Part shown: positions 61,502-64,000 of the stretch, piece after piece
Position numbering within the stretch: position 1 is the stretch's first letter
How the letters are laid out: each line of letters opens with the position of its first letter
Assembly (NCBI RefSeq): GCF_000315625.1
Contig: NW_005434632.1
Coordinates: 281,901-345,900, forward strand
Source of the DNA: Guillardia theta CCMP2712
Lineage: Eukaryota > Protista > Cryptophyta
Reading direction: 5' to 3'
Length of the DNA stretch: 64,000 nucleotides
Program-made: the position numbers and the translations under genes
Notes under the pieces: model-generated
What the model was told of the DNA's origin: nothing
The model's database searches: none
The model's input: the letters and a program-made list of their open reading frames with translations, nothing else

Positions 61502-64000
61502 ATCTTTGCTGAGAGCGACCCCAGTCCACTCACCGCCTTGGATCTTTTTTTGCCCGACAAGGTCCAAACTCTGATGGTCATGTCCCAACTTCCCGTCAGC
61601 AGCTGATTCCTCTCTGCAGGAGATCAGCTGAAGCCCGCACGGGGTGAAGGAGGGAGGGGGGGAAGGTAGAGGCGAGGTTACCCTCACTCCCACCCTGCCT
61701 CGCTCCTCCTTCCCCTCGGAAGGAGGAGGAACACTGAAGGAGTGTTCACAGGAGCAAGGGGAAGGAGGAGCGACGCAAGGTGGGAGTGAGGGTAGACTAG
61801 AAGAGGTAGGAGGGCCCCGGGGGATTACAAGGGGTGGGGGGATAGGAAACACGGGAGAGGGCACAAGGAGGAGGAGGGACAGGGAATGAGGAGGAGTGAT
61901 CGGAAGTGAGCAGGAGAGGAAAGTCGGGCAGGAGAGGAAAGTCGGGAAGGACGGGGGAGCAGGAGGGCTGCTCGTCTCACCCGGGAGGAAGGCGATACTC
62001 CGGACGACATCGTAGTGACCCTTGTACACGCAGAGGATAGACTCCCGAATGATGTCAATGAGCTGGACTGAGTAGTCGGACAGGCCGACGGCCTGCAGGC
62101 CCAGCTCCCCGATGACCTCCAGCGCACTGAAGCCGTCGGTATCAAACCTCATCATGATCGGCTCCTCTGCCGAATGTTCGGATTGAGACTGACGAACAAG
62201 NNNNNNNNNNNNNNNNNNNNNNNNNNNNNNNNNNNNNNNNNNNNNNNNNNNNNNNNNNNNNNNNNNNNNNNNNNNNNNNNNNNNNNNNNNNNNNNNNNNN
62301 GGAGGCAGGGAGGCAGGGAGGGAGGCAGGGAGGGAGGGAGATTCACCCTGATCGAAGATTCCGAGAGGGAATAGGGGTGCCCTGAGGCTTGCCACAACCT
62401 CAAGCTGTTATCATCCGACGCTGTCAGCCAGGCGTCCAGCTCGTCTATCCACCGGATCCTTGTCACCTCGTCCTCGTGCCCCTTCATCACCCCGCAGAGC
62501 TCGCAAGTCTCCAGCTCCCATATGTAGCAGAGCTCGTCCGCCGAGCATGTGGCGAAGGTGTCCATCCTCTCGGAGCTACTCACGTCATAGATCATCGACT
62601 CGTGTGCGTCCTCGATGGTCCTCCACAGCGTCCCTGTGTTGGAGTCCCAAATCTTCACGCTCTTGTCCACACTGACGCTGATGAGGAAGTGCGCTAGCAA
62701 GCACATCGCCGTAATTTTGCCCGTGTGCCCTTCCAAGGTCATCTTCACGGGGTTCAGAAATTCAGACGTCGACTCCCTCTCTCCCTCCTCCTCCTCCTCC
62801 TGCTCCTCCTGCTCCTCCTGCTCCTCCTGCTCCTCTCCCCCGTCTCCCCCTGCTCCCCCTCCCCCTGCTCCTCCTCCGCCTGCTCCTCCCTCTCTCCTTG
62901 CCCCTCCTGATGACGGGATATTATCTTCCAAGGACCAACCCCTTATCACCGCATCGTCACCTCCCGTGAACAAGATCGACGTGTCGGGCCTGAGTACCCC
63001 CGCCACAACCGACCCTTGGTGGTCAGCGAACCCCTCCTTCATGCTGTAGAGCTGTGGGTAGAGCGCATTGGGTATATACCACTTCCTGATAATGCTGTCT
63101 GCTCCGGAGCTCACAAAGTCTCCCGTCCTCGGGTTCCTGACGACCAACTCGACCCAGTCCGTGTGCCCATGGATGATGCTGATGCAGGCGAGCGAGTTGT
63201 AGCGCCAGATGGTGAAGTTCTTGTGATCTGACATGGTCACAACTTCACTGGCAGATGCCATGATCTTCACAGGATACTCGTTGTGCAGCGACTTGAAGTC
63301 CTCCGACTGTGGGAGGAAATCAGTCAAGTTCGTCCCCGTGCGGGGGTCGAACACGAAGGGACGGCAAGATCCCTTGATCCCCACCCACAGCGACTTCGTG
63401 GCAGGGATGCAGCACATTGTCTCCACCGTCTTCTTCAGCTCGATGGTATAGAGCGGCGAGAACTGAGCATGGGCAGTTAGCGCGTCGTAGCTCCAAGTCT
63501 TGACGCTCATGTCGTAGCTCCCCGTGATCAGTGAGTTCCCCTCGTTGTAGTATGCCGCGCACGTGATCGCTCCCTTATGGCACTTGGACTTGGCCCTGTT
63601 GCCTCCTGCGGTCATGACCACGAGCTTGTCCTCCACGTTGAGATCGAAGGCACACACGACACCATCGTACCCGCAGGAGAATATTCTTCCTGATGGCGTG
63701 CAGATAATCTCCGAGATGAACTCGTCGTGCTCCTCAAAGACTGACTGCGTGTTCAGCTCCCACTCGTCCCGCTGATGAAGCAGCTGGAGCACAAACATCT
63801 TCTTCATCCCACCCAGGACCACAATGTCGTGCCGTGAACTGTACCCGGCGCAGTAGATCGCACATGGAAACTTGCTCCTCACCACACACTCCCCCTTCGC
63901 GTTCCAGAGCGCAACAGTTTGATCGAGAGACGTCGAGAGCATCATCCTAACATGGTTCAACCACACCAAGCAGGTGATTCTTCCCTTGTGAGCATTGATG
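59580..64000 (-). CDS. Multi-blade WD40-repeat protein (5' end outside window; 3' end uncertain; two N-gaps)
   Basis: More than 10 GH..WD repeats (HKGAITC..LITGSYDMSVKTW; GHTDWVE..VSSGADSIIRKW; GHTGKIT..SVDKSVKIWD; GHEDEVT..TASDDNSLRLW; GHYDVVRSIAFLP|..LLTGSWDMTIRVW), followed by non-WD exons. Confidence 0.9.

Overview
Gene-dense, intron-rich eukaryotic nuclear scaffold with six N-gaps. The ~45-55 nt GT-AG introns with a CTGAC branch motif close to the AG, microsatellite-filled long introns and GC-rich spacer islands suggest a cryptophyte-like alga (inference only). Recognisable genes: Integrator subunit 2 (INTS2, +), eIF3c (-), an intronless MIU/ankyrin protein (+), an archaeal COG2112-type Ser/Thr kinase with spliceosomal introns (+), a Cys-rich type I membrane protein (-), a giant polycystin-2/TRPP channel fused to a C-terminal C2 domain (-), an EF-hand/coiled-coil gene (+), a SET-MYND (SMYD) methyltransferase that the ORF track misses (+) and a WD40 protein (-, open at the window edge). 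The main discovery is an intact 3,972-bp cut-and-paste DNA transposon (37394-41365). It has perfect 15-bp TIRs (CACGGGGGTGGAACT), a 9-bp target-site duplication (CAGCACGAT) and a two-exon, ~1,164-aa transposase. The enzyme carries P-element motifs but has CxxH instead of DxxH, no canonical THAP domain and two large insertions, so it mixes P and MULE/hAT signatures. It sits between a host gene and that gene's GC-rich upstream island. Other observations: a near-identical 1,078-bp tandem array carrying decayed WD40 coding sequence, a 5'-to-3' gradient of microsatellite invasion of introns, and a dispersed ~95-bp repeat whose copies differ by insertions of the short words (CCGG, TAG) that fill the intergenic GC islands.
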